A stretch of 62,557 nucleotides of DNA, the filler included. It is 9 parts of 9 records of this genome, joined end to end, with 100 filler letters (N's around TTAATTAATTAA, not from the genome) between each part and the next. Parts side by side here need not be neighbours in the genome. Positions count along the whole stretch, not along the records: positions 42,470 to 55,761 come from SRR31156797_38607; 8 more parts are not named here. The stretch is one strand, 5' to 3'. Made by a program: the position numbers and the translations under genes. Every line of letters starts with the position of its first letter. The stretch's first letter is position 1. Below the pieces are notes generated by a model. The model ran no database searches. It saw only the letters and a program-made list of their open reading frames with translations, and was not told the DNA's origin. Shown piece by piece: positions 42,710-52,600 of this stretch.

Positions 42710-43369
42710 TTACCTTTTTAACTTTTGTTTCCAGTCAAATCCCCACTTGTGGCACTTTTCAGAGCAAAAATCTTTAAATGTGCCGTGAGAGCTGTGGCAT
42801 TTTGTACATGCAAGATTAGGAAAATGAGATTTATGTGGATTTGTTTCATAATCGAGATCTTTTGTCTTCTCAGCCAGTTCAGAATAATCGCCATGACATG
42901 ATTTACACTTAGGAGCCATATTGTCAAACTCGTCATAATCATAAGTTGTATGGCAGTCATTACAGGATAGACCAGCGTTCTTGTGAGAATTAACGAGAGC
43001 CCCCTCTGTATATAATGTTTTAAACATAGAAGCTGCTTCATTTGCTTCTATGGTGATGTCATTTTTACTGTCTATACTTATGTAGCCTTCTTTATCTGCA
43101 ACATGACATGACAAGCATGTATCTACATCTGTTCCCATATCTGCCAGATGGACTTCGTGAACTTTCTTACTAAGTTTTACCTGTTTGCCGTCTTCGTGGC
43201 AGACAAAACAGTCTTCAAACTTGTCTTTTTTAATATGTTTAGCCGGAATCACTTCTTTAGCAGATTCGTGGCATTCGCTACATTTAAAGTTAAAATCCTC
43301 AGCATTGGCAACAAAGCTACATGTGAGTGCCAAAACTAGAGTTAGTATAATATATTTAATAGAACCCAT
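42710..43369 (-). CDS. Periplasmic multiheme cytochrome c (7 heme motifs)
   Basis: Signal peptide; CSECH, CFVCH, CLSCH, CNDCH, CKSCH, CTKCH and CSEKCH (CX3CH); NPH.SH. Confidence 0.92.
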   Translation of the reverse strand: MGSIKYIILTLVLALTCSFVANAEDFNFKCSECHESAKEVIPAKHIKKDKFEDCFVCHEDGKQVKLSKKVHEVHLADMGTDVDTCLSCHVADKEGYISIDSKNDITIEANEAASMFKTLYTEGALVNSHKNAGLSCNDCHTTYDYDEFDNMAPKCKSCHGDYSELAEKTKDLDYETNPHKSHFPNLACTKCHSSHGTFKDFCSEKCHKWGFDWKQKLKR

Positions 43370-43451
43370 TCTTTCACCTTAGTCGGTCGTTATTATAATG
43401 ATCACGGCTGACTATATTAGACAGCCGCAATCATCCTACAGGGGTAATGAA

Positions 43452-44345
43452 TCAGAATGCATATATGAATTTCAGCCAGAATTTATCACCTTCTGTTCTG
43501 TTTTTCACCATTGTCTCTTTCTGATACTTCGCTGTTAAGCTCATATTCTTGTATTGATATTTAAGTGCAGGACCATAAGCAAATACCTGTCCTTTGTTAT
43601 CTTCAACTTTTGCTCCGTTTAGCTCATCATCTGTCATTTGCTTATAGTAGTAACCGCCAAGACCTGCTACCCAGTTTCCGAAGTGATAACCAACATGGTA
43701 ATCGAAGTGAAATTCCTGACCAGTTTGGTAGTTAGTATCATCATTCTCTGTATTAAAGTCGTACATAGCTTTAATAGAAGCTTCGTAGCCACCATCTGTG
43801 ATGTATGTGTATCCAAGTACAGGCTCGATAGTATAGTAGTTACGACCAGGATTGATTAGATCATCTTTATCGTATTTGCCTGTTGGTGTTGTGATGTCAA
43901 CACCTACTGCTGAGTGCCAGTTTTTGGAGTGCCACGCAACCACTGTGCCTAAAGTAATATCACCAAGTCCAGAGTTGTTATCTTTCTCCCCTGCAATCTC
44001 AATATCCATATCAAGAAAAACAGGTATAAGTGTTTGAACAGTTATAAAACCTCCAAGCAGTTTTTTATCTGTTGTGTAAACAAATCTGAAAACGTTAGCT
44101 AATACATCAAGCTTCAGGTTTACAGGGATTTCATCTCCACTATTATTAACGAGTTTTTCGGAAGTGTAATAGTTAGTATAGTTGAGAAAATAGAACCCAG
44201 GAGGTGGAACAGCGCCAGCCATAATAGATTCTGCACCGTTCGGGTAAGAACTTCCACCACCTTCACTTGCAAAAGCCCCCATTGTGCTTATCATTGCAAA
44301 AATTGAGAGAGCTAGGACTAAGGTTACTTTTCTAAATACAGTCAT
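43452..44345 (-). CDS. SphA/COG4313 family outer-membrane channel
   Basis: EGGGSSYPNGAE, PPPG, GLGDI, PTGKYD, NPGRN, C-terminal YAF. Confidence 0.85.
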   Translation of the reverse strand: MTVFRKVTLVLALSIFAMISTMGAFASEGGGSSYPNGAESIMAGAVPPPGFYFLNYTNYYTSEKLVNNSGDEIPVNLKLDVLANVFRFVYTTDKKLLGGFITVQTLIPVFLDMDIEIAGEKDNNSGLGDITLGTVVAWHSKNWHSAVGVDITTPTGKYDKDDLINPGRNYYTIEPVLGYTYITDGGYEASIKAMYDFNTENDDTNYQTGQEFHFDYHVGYHFGNWVAGLGGYYYKQMTDDELNGAKVEDNKGQVFAYGPALKYQYKNMSLTAKYQKETMVKNRTEGDKFWLKFIYAF

Positions 44346-44354
44346 TTTAGTCTC

Positions 44355-45893
44355 CTATTTTGCTTTTTTTGCATAGTTTGTTGCATTTACACCAGAGATA
44401 CGTCCTGATGTTGCTGCGAAAGAATAAGCTGAACCAGAAGCCCAGAGAGTATATGTTCTTCCGTATTGACCACCGGCGTCACAGCCTGCTGCGTACAGTC
44501 CTTTGATGATTTCGTCTTTATCATTTTTTACTTCGAAGTCAGTCGTTACAGCCGCTCCACCAAGTGTTGTGAAAAATGCAGGCTGAACTCTTACAGCGTA
44601 ATAAGTCGGATTGTTAATTGGGATAACAGTATCAGCATCTCTACCAAACATTTCATCTTTATGCTTAGATGCTATTTCGTTGTATTGTTTTACAGATGCC
44701 TTAAGTTTGTTAACGTCTGTTCCGATCATTTTTGAAAGTTTTTCGATGCTATTTGCGTAAGCTACTCTTTTACTTCCTGCAGCTACAGCATCTTTGATCT
44801 CAGTTCTGATTTTTTTAAATTTTGTCCCGACAGGGATAAGAACACCAAGCCCCGTTCTTGCACCCTCAGTTTCAAGAAGTTTAACAGTGTTTTCGTCAAA
44901 AACTGACCAAACGTAAGCATCACGCTGTGCTTCTATAACGTGACCAGCAATAGAAAAGTTATGCACTATTGTTTCATCAATAACTCTTTCACCATATTTG
45001 TTAACCCAGAGGTTTGGCTCCCATGTCATACCAAGAGTGTCACCCATAGGTGGGAGATATTTATCATGGATAGCAGGGTGGAGCATAAGACCAAGACCTA
45101 CAAGCTCTGCACCTGCATCCTCAGCCATCATTTCAATACCATCACCAGTTTTACCAAGAGGAATTATCTGTTCGACTTCTTTAGAATTGTATGGTGTCCA
45201 GTTGTCAATCTTCTCTTTACTATCGCCGAATCCGCCAGTAGCAACTATTACGGCCTTAGCATTGATGATAACTTTGTTACCTCTTTTATCAACAGCTTCA
45301 ACACCTTTCACAACACCGTCTTTAACAATAAGTTTTTCACCAGGAGTGTTATACATAATCTTAACACCAAGCTCTTCTGCTCTTTCTACCATTCGAGTAA
45401 TGAGTGCAGCACCATGATGAGCACCTTTATAGTCTTTAACAAGGTGCCAAGTTTGTGGCTCTTCGGCTGACATTCTAAAGACTTCAAATTCTACACCTTC
45501 ACCCTTAAGCCACTTAATAGTGTTTGTAGACTCTTTGATATAAGTCATAACAAGTGCAGGATTAACCCTGTAACCTCTATTGATTTCCATAGATTTTTTG
45601 AAAACCTCTTCGGCAGTCAGGTCAACAAAAAGCATTCTTTGCTCTTCCGTCTGAACAGCGAAAAGACCTTCTGCGAAGTTTGAACTACCACCTGCGATAG
45701 ACTGTTTTTCAAGAGCTATAACTTTGGCCCCAGATTCAGCTGCTGAAACAGCAGCCGATACACCAGCACCGCCAACTCCTACAACAACAACATCTGTGTT
45801 GTAAACTCTGTCTTTTGCATGTGCTGAAACAGCAAAAATAGCTAGTGCAGCGAAGACAGTTGAAACGAAAAGTTTCTTAATAACACTTTGCAT
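44355..45893 (-). CDS. Periplasmic FAD-binding oxidoreductase (flavocytochrome c flavin subunit family)
   Basis: Signal peptide ending AHA, GVGGAG, ATGGF, TGDG, TLGG, GLYAAG; GGAGG before ATG 45893. Confidence 0.88.
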   Translation of the reverse strand: MQSVIKKLFVSTVFAALAIFAVSAHAKDRVYNTDVVVVGVGGAGVSAAVSAAESGAKVIALEKQSIAGGSSNFAEGLFAVQTEEQRMLFVDLTAEEVFKKSMEINRGYRVNPALVMTYIKESTNTIKWLKGEGVEFEVFRMSAEEPQTWHLVKDYKGAHHGAALITRMVERAEELGVKIMYNTPGEKLIVKDGVVKGVEAVDKRGNKVIINAKAVIVATGGFGDSKEKIDNWTPYNSKEVEQIIPLGKTGDGIEMMAEDAGAELVGLGLMLHPAIHDKYLPPMGDTLGMTWEPNLWVNKYGERVIDETIVHNFSIAGHVIEAQRDAYVWSVFDENTVKLLETEGARTGLGVLIPVGTKFKKIRTEIKDAVAAGSKRVAYANSIEKLSKMIGTDVNKLKASVKQYNEIASKHKDEMFGRDADTVIPINNPTYYAVRVQPAFFTTLGGAAVTTDFEVKNDKDEIIKGLYAAGCDAGGQYGRTYTLWASGSAYSFAATSGRISGVNATNYAKKAK

Positions 45894-45993
45894 TATATCC
45901 TCCATAATGATCCACCAAACTGTATGATTGGTGCTTATGACTAATTATAATGAGGATAGTTTTGGATAACTATTAGAGGGACTACCGTAGAAT

Positions 45994-46076
45994 TAAGTAG
46001 GATTTACTTATTAAATATAGGAGAGATTTGTAAAGAAAATTGAGCTATACCTATAGTCGGTCGGTAGAATTACCTA
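45994..46076. promoter_or_regulatory. TAGGTA-N4-TACCTA-like boxes upstream of the flavoprotein operon
   Basis: TAAGTA-N5-TACTTA at 45994, TACCTA at 46048, TCGGTA-N4-TACCTA at 46061. Confidence 0.55.
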
Positions 46077-46109
46077 TAAACCGCTACTGTATATAAGTTA
46101 GTTAATCAT

Positions 46110-47561
46110 TTAAATATCATTCATTAAAACAATAATTGATGTACCCTCACCTTTTCCTGAAATATATTCTATATCTGCTCCAATTATTGAAGCTCTGTAT
46201 TTCATTATTTTTAAGCCTCTACTAAATGAGGATATTGATTCCTCAGAAAGCCCTATTCCATCATCCTTTATCTCCATGCGGAACTTGCCACTTTGTTTTT
46301 TTAGACAGATAGTTATAGATTCACATTTGCTATGCTTTACCGCATTAGATACTGATTCCTGAGCGATAAAGAAAAGGTTATTAGAGATTTCATAATTATC
46401 TATTGAAACTGACATTAAACAGTTGTATTTGCAATTTATACCATAGATAGATGTGATATCATTCGCCATACGTTCCAAGGCTGACATAAGCCCATATGGG
46501 TCTTCATTGACAGGACAGAGTCCGTTTATAATCCCACGCATCATCTCAAGAGCTTTCTTCGACTGATATTCGATATTGTCTACTATCGGAGCAGTCTGTG
46601 AAACTTCATTCTTCAATTTGCTATTCAATGCATTTGCCATAAAAGAGATGCCTGTTAATATCTGCCCCAAGCCATCATGCAGTTCATTACCTATCTCTTT
46701 ACGTTCTCTGGTGGAAATGTCCAGAATTTCTCTTTCAAGGTATTTCTGCTCAGTAATATCTCTTATCACCTGAACAAGTCCAATGAATTCACCTGATTCG
46801 TCTAAAACAGGATATGTCATGATAAAGAATAACATTTTTCCAGCTTTGACCTCACCAGACTGCATCCTCTTTGTATCTACAGGATCCCCAAGGGGGCAAC
46901 AATTGCAAAAGCTATTCTCTTTATGACACAATTCAAAACACTGCTTTCCGGGTAGCTTATCTGCAGGTATCCCAGACATTAACGACGCCATCTTATTGCC
47001 CCAGATGACCCTCATATCAGAATCATAATAAATAATACTGTCACTCATAACATCCATGATGATCGCTTTCTCTCTCTCGACCATACGAAGAGCATTGGAC
47101 ACTTCAATTTTCTCTGTAATATCGGCAACTAATCCTCTGGCGGCAAGAAAAATACCGTTATCATCATATACGGCTCTACCACAAAGCGTTATAATAATAT
47201 TTTCACCAGTCTTCTTCTTCATCTTCCATTCAAGATTCTTTACTACGCCAGTACGTTTAAATATCGCATAACTTTCTGTATGGACTTCTCCCCCCTCAGC
47301 GAGAAGATCATAAAAAGTCATACCAAGCATCTCTTTCTGAGAATAACCAAGTAGATTTTCAAAGCCCTTGCTAACCTTTGTTATAGTGCTATCGGTGTCC
47401 ATCTCAAACTCGCCAAGATTAGCGTCATCCATGATGAATTGTTTCTTATCATGGTACTCAAGAAGTTCATTGTAGGCCTCCTTAAGCATCCTAATGTCTT
47501 GCTGAAGGTTTTCTATATCTCGGTGACAATCTCTAATGTTATCTGAGAACACGTCATTCAT
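46110..47561 (-). CDS. Cytoplasmic PAS-PAS histidine kinase (HisKA_3)
   Basis: Two PAS domains, ELHDGLGQ H-box, QESVSNAVKHS, DDGIG; no TM segment. Confidence 0.9.
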   Translation of the reverse strand: MNDVFSDNIRDCHRDIENLQQDIRMLKEAYNELLEYHDKKQFIMDDANLGEFEMDTDSTITKVSKGFENLLGYSQKEMLGMTFYDLLAEGGEVHTESYAIFKRTGVVKNLEWKMKKKTGENIIITLCGRAVYDDNGIFLAARGLVADITEKIEVSNALRMVEREKAIIMDVMSDSIIYYDSDMRVIWGNKMASLMSGIPADKLPGKQCFELCHKENSFCNCCPLGDPVDTKRMQSGEVKAGKMLFFIMTYPVLDESGEFIGLVQVIRDITEQKYLEREILDISTRERKEIGNELHDGLGQILTGISFMANALNSKLKNEVSQTAPIVDNIEYQSKKALEMMRGIINGLCPVNEDPYGLMSALERMANDITSIYGINCKYNCLMSVSIDNYEISNNLFFIAQESVSNAVKHSKCESITICLKKQSGKFRMEIKDDGIGLSEESISSFSRGLKIMKYRASIIGADIEYISGKGEGTSIIVLMNDI

Positions 47562-47641
47562 TGTTTCGCTCCTGTGGTATCAGGTGTGAATATCATACTA
47601 AATAAGTTTAAAACCTTTAAACACTTATGTTACACAATATG

Positions 47642-47775
47642 TACCTAAAAAAATAATTCAATTGGTAGATTTACTATAAAAACAGAGTAAACTTACCTAG
47701 ACTTTATAAATAAAACTCACACTACAAAAAAATGCATAGGTAGTTTAACCGATTGAAATTCAGTAATTGCCCTGA
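47642..47775. promoter_or_regulatory. Array of TAGGTA-N4-TACCTA-like boxes in the kinase/MFS divergent region
   Basis: TTGGTA-gatt-TACTAT 47662, AGAGTA-aact-TACCTA 47684, TAGGTA-gttt-AACCGA 47737, TCAGTA-attg-CCCTGA 47760. Confidence 0.55.
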
Positions 47776-47828
47776 TTGTTTCTTTTACTCATCAAATTAT
47801 ACTTCTTGTAATACTAGGGAGTTTAATA

Positions 47829-49004
47829 ATGTCAACTCTGGTTCCAAGAAAGTATTTTTATTGTTTTTTCGTTTTAAACTTTCTAATCACTTTTGCGTTC
47901 GCGATCAACGACTCACTCTTTTCCCTTTACTATAAAGGCATTGGAGTTAATGGTGTCCTCTTAGGTATAGCTTTTTCTTTGTACTCTTTCTCTAAAATAG
48001 TTATGACCCCTTTCACTGGCAAGCTTTTAGACAGAATTGGAGCTTTCAAAATATTATTCATAGGGGTGTTGTTATACCTGATAGTAGCCATAATGCTTCT
48101 TTATATTCACAATAAACAGCTTATAATCCTTATCAGAGTTTCTCAAGGGTTTGCATGTGCATTCTTTCGTCCAGTCATGTTTTATATCATAGGCAAAACA
48201 ACAGAAAGTTCTTTTCGAGGAAAAGTTTTTGGCACTTTCGACCTTTCATTTTATTCTGCGATAGCTTCAGCACCTTTGGTTGGCGGCATCTTGAAAAATC
48301 TATACGGGTTTGGATTTATCTTTAAGATTATAATTTTCTGCTGTGTATTATCACTAATTCTGGTCTTATTCAGCTATTCAGCCATCACTAGCAAGGTCTT
48401 CACTTCTGAATCAAATGATAAAATAATATGCAATAAACAAAGTCTACTTTTGAACGGTTTATATGTTTATATCTTTTTCAGAAGCTGGGGGATCACCTGC
48501 ATGATTATTCTTCTCCCGTTGTATCTAAGTGACATTGGTTATTCTGAAAGCCACATCGGGCTATTACTTAGCCTCTCCACTACAGTGATGCTACTATCAT
48601 TGCCTTTCACAGGACGGCTTGCCGATACTTTCAGAAAGGATAACCTGATCATTATAGGCGGTGCAGCCACAGCTCTATGCATTATTGTTGTGCCTCATCT
48701 GACTGAATTTTATTATCTAGTTCCCATGATAGGTCTCTGTGGTTTTTTTAGTGCCATGTCCCAGCCTGCCTGTTCAAGCCTACTCGTCGATGTTGCCTCC
48801 AGTGATGAAATGGGGGCTATTATAGGACGGTTTAACTTTGTGATGGGGTTAGGCGCAACAGTCGGCGGTTTCTTTAGCTCTGTTGTATTCTCTTGGGTTG
48901 GGATAGACGTTGCATTTGCACTCGCTGGGTTCTTAGGAGTGCTTGCTTCATTTTTGTTTACTCTTTTGACTGATCGCTATTTCTCAAAAGTCTCTTACCA
49001 ATAA
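47829..49004 (+). CDS. MFS transporter
   Basis: About 12 TM segments; GKLLDRIG and GRLADTF motif-A loops. Confidence 0.9.
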   Translation: MSTLVPRKYFYCFFVLNFLITFAFAINDSLFSLYYKGIGVNGVLLGIAFSLYSFSKIVMTPFTGKLLDRIGAFKILFIGVLLYLIVAIMLLYIHNKQLIILIRVSQGFACAFFRPVMFYIIGKTTESSFRGKVFGTFDLSFYSAIASAPLVGGILKNLYGFGFIFKIIIFCCVLSLILVLFSYSAITSKVFTSESNDKIICNKQSLLLNGLYVYIFFRSWGITCMIILLPLYLSDIGYSESHIGLLLSLSTTVMLLSLPFTGRLADTFRKDNLIIIGGAATALCIIVVPHLTEFYYLVPMIGLCGFFSAMSQPACSSLLVDVASSDEMGAIIGRFNFVMGLGATVGGFFSSVVFSWVGIDVAFALAGFLGVLASFLFTLLTDRYFSKVSYQ

Positions 49005-49012
49005 ATTAACGT

Positions 49013-49040
49013 AAAAAGGCTAGCCTTTGAGAGGCTAGCC
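49013..49040 (-). terminator. Intrinsic terminator
   Basis: GGCTAGCCT / AGGCTAGCC stem with a T run on the minus strand. Confidence 0.7.
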
Positions 49041-49139
49041 ACAGTTGAATCTTACATATCGAAGTGAAAGGTTTGAAATTAATTATAAAACCCTATGCGG
49101 TCCTGACCACCCTATCTTAAAGAGTTTCCACCGCTCAGA

Positions 49140-49661
49140 TCAGTAATCATTTACTAATGAGTTAGATAAAGTTAAATTAGCGGATATTTCTACACCATTC
49201 AGGTCACTGACCATTACTGAATTTATCCCAACCTGATCAATCAATGATAAGCTAGATGTCGAAGAGATCGTCACATTAAGCTCACCAATTTTTCCCTCTT
49301 CAAACCCAGCCGCACAAATCATAGATAGGATAAATTCGCCATCGTCACCATCGTTTGCTATGTATTTGCTGTGGTAATATCCATCTGAAACATCTCCGGT
49401 AAAGCTACCTGTTGCTAAATCTCCATCATCGTCAGCATCAATTGCAATGCCATCAGGTATCAAAAGCTTTATTTCAACAGCTCCGGCAGTATCAGTAAAA
49501 TCACTCAAATCGAAGTAAATTTTAGCCGATGTGCCATTGCTGGAGCCACTGCCATTACCACCTATAACTTCATCTACAACGTTACACCCACCTAATGTCA
49601 TCAAGAGCATAACAAAAATAGTGCTGAAATATATTTTTCTAAATTTATTTATTCTATTCAT
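49140..49661 (-). CDS. Lipoprotein with putative cohesin-like beta-sandwich
   Basis: LGGC lipobox, Gly/Ser linker, about 130-aa beta-rich domain (GAVEIKLLIPDG...GKIGELNVT...VSDLNG); lies directly after a dockerin gene. Confidence 0.6.
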   Translation of the reverse strand: MNRINKFRKIYFSTIFVMLLMTLGGCNVVDEVIGGNGSGSSNGTSAKIYFDLSDFTDTAGAVEIKLLIPDGIAIDADDDGDLATGSFTGDVSDGYYHSKYIANDGDDGEFILSMICAAGFEEGKIGELNVTISSTSSLSLIDQVGINSVMVSDLNGVEISANLTLSNSLVNDY

Positions 49662-49676
49662 AATTTATTCTCCAAT

Positions 49677-52600
49677 TTACCAGCTGATAAGCCCTTCTGC
49701 TCTACGAAGTATAATTAGCGCATCCGCTGCATTAATCTGTCCGTCTGGGCTAGGTTTGCCGTCTACAAAAGGTGCAACGTCACCGTACATCAAGTCGTTT
49801 GATGTAGTCGCCTCACCCGCAAGCTTAAGAACATAAAGCGCATCTGATACACTTAATAGTCCGTTTCCATCCATATCGCCATTGGCGATTAGGGTTGCAT
49901 CATTAGGAAATGTGTCAAATACATCAGCAACTCCATCTCCGTCAGTATCTTCCAGCTGTGAAAACTCTGCACTCTGAAGCTCCTGACTTAGACTTATCAG
50001 CACATCTGACAGATCTTCATCATTCTCTATAGCCGCTTTGATAGTAGTTGCTGTTTCCTCAAGGAATGTAGTCAACTCCTGCGATATACCTTCGTTGATA
50101 TCAAGCGTTTCAGACGTACTCCTCGCAAGCCCTTCAACAACTGCATCTAAATTACCCATACCATCAGGGTTGTCCGCACTTGAGGTTACAGCTTCAATAG
50201 CTGCATTACCAAGCTCTGCGATAGTATCAGAGCTAAGTACCGAATCACCGCCTTTAGCTTCCTGTACAATAGCGGCATATTCAAGGACACTTGCAAAAGC
50301 GGCCGAAAAAGCTACAGCATCAGGATTTGGTTCGCTCACACTCGCCAGCTCTACACCATCAGAGTTTGAAATAGTTATCGGCTCTGTGTACAGTTCCAAA
50401 GTCGGCTTGTTGATAGCGGCCAGCATATCAGCACGTGTCTGTTCATCACTAAGGTCTACGTCGATATCTTCACCGACAAACATAGAGACAGCTTTACGAA
50501 GTGCATTACTCCTCTCTTCCGGTGTAGCACCACCACTGCTCTCTAACTCTGCTGAGATTATTGTCGTGATCGGGTTCGCTTCAAGGGTTGGTGTATCTGA
50601 ATCACTTGTAGCAACCAGAGCATCTTCATCTATATAACTCGATACTGAACCGGACCATGGAACGTAAGTACCATTACTCTCGTCATAGTGCTGGCAATTA
50701 CTTACAGTTACCGTGTCACCGTCAGAAGCCTCAATATTTATACTGCTCTCATCCTGCGCCATCGTCCCGTACAGCTCACCGTTAACATAAACGTCACAAC
50801 CGTACAGTTCAGGGTCAGACGCTCTGAATGCATATTGGCTTTCATTACGGCTGGTAGGTATTACCCATTTATAATCACTGACTACTAAAAATTTGTAATC
50901 AGACATTTCTTTGTAACGTGATTTCATCACTGAGTCTTCATCAACAGAATACCCAGGGGCAATCAAGCAATTACCGCCATTTTGAGCGTATCCGTATTGA
51001 TTATCAGCCATACACACATAAGAGATTTTGCTGTCTATGGAATTTACAGGGACAAGTTTTTTACCTGTTGGTATAGACGCACTCTTGTCGATATACTCTT
51101 CATTTTCTGGAAGAAGTGTTTCAAACAGAAGCTGTGGATTTGAGTATCCACCATTACGGTAGTCCGCAACTTCACATGTGTTTGTAACATCAACAGCACG
51201 AGAGAAAAGCGAATTTATACCGTAATGAATCTTTTTCTTCTGCTCAACAGACCAGAAACCGGCTAACTTTTCCCCTTCATCATTACTTGCTCTACAAAGA
51301 AACTTGAAATCTGCATACCTGTATGCACCTTCATCATGAGTGCTAGCAAGTTTTTTTACATATTCACTGCCCGGTTGCGGTACAGGGTGATACTTCCTTT
51401 TAAAGCCGCCATCCTTGTAATGGTTCAAAGCCTTTTGATATGGAATGCTACCTTTATAAGTTTGCACTTCAGGATAAGCAGCTAGATAATACAGTGTGGA
51501 AAACCTAGATGAGCCCATCGCATTATCATACATGTTATGCTCTCCATCTAAATTCTGCCAATAAACATAAGCAGCGTTGATCAGTTCAAGGCTATTCTCT
51601 GTCTCTGTGATATTAAGTTCATTCAACAAATACTTTTTAACAACCGGATATTTATTTAAGTATTCCGCCCAGTTAAAAAATGGGCTTCCATATTCCTCAT
51701 TATATACAGCGTTGGCATACTGATGCACAGACAGACCCGGAGTATCAAAGTACACAGCCCACGAAGTAAGGTGAGCCGGAGGGGCAGGAGGGTCGTCATC
51801 ACAACCGCCAAATATTCCGAATGAGACCGTGCAAAATCCGCCCACGGCAAGATCCGCGCCGGCACTTAAAACACTTGAGCCCACACTAAGAACCGAGCCC
51901 ACAGCATCAACTGCAAAGCTGCCGAGTGTAGATGCCGCCTCTATACCGAACTCCACCACTGGTGTTGCAAGATCAATAACAACCGATAGGATTGAACTGC
52001 AAAGTGATCCGATAACAGGGAGTAGATCACACATTTGCTCCGCCACACGCTCTGCAAGAATATCCACAGATGCGGCTTCACCTGTATCAACACCAAAGCT
52101 GGTGCTCAAGCCAAAAAGATCGACAGCTACATTAGCCCCTATGCTGCCTGTATAGCTATGGAGGTTTAAACTTCCGTCAAAAGTTGTAGCAACCTTACCC
52201 CCGCTGCATAATGTACCGCCTACGATATTGCATAAGAGGTCTTTACCGCCAGGTATCTTATTTGCGACTATAGTAACAGGATCTTTAACATTGCTTACTA
52301 CTTGAACGGCGAAATCGCCAGCAAATCCCGGACCAAACATGTTCGCAAAGAAATCTTCCACCGGAGCATCAAAACTTGAAGGTCCGAAGTTCATTTCAAA
52401 ATCTTCTGCGGTTCCTTGGATTGATCCTGATGCAAACAGACCGTCATCATAGTCCGCCTTGAGATAACTTCCTTTTATCTTGCTCAAGTCCAGATCTGAG
52501 TATTCTACGGTTTTACCTATATATTTATTAAATTCTTCAAAGTCATCTTCATCAAACACGTCAGGAACTGTCGCTGCCAAAACTCTCACATTAGTAAGCT

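Noticed and set aside
6092-45893. Shared aromatic theme linking the CalA/ALDH operon and the SphA-flavocytochrome operon
   Set aside because: Different contigs with different composition; no evidence of a common genome.
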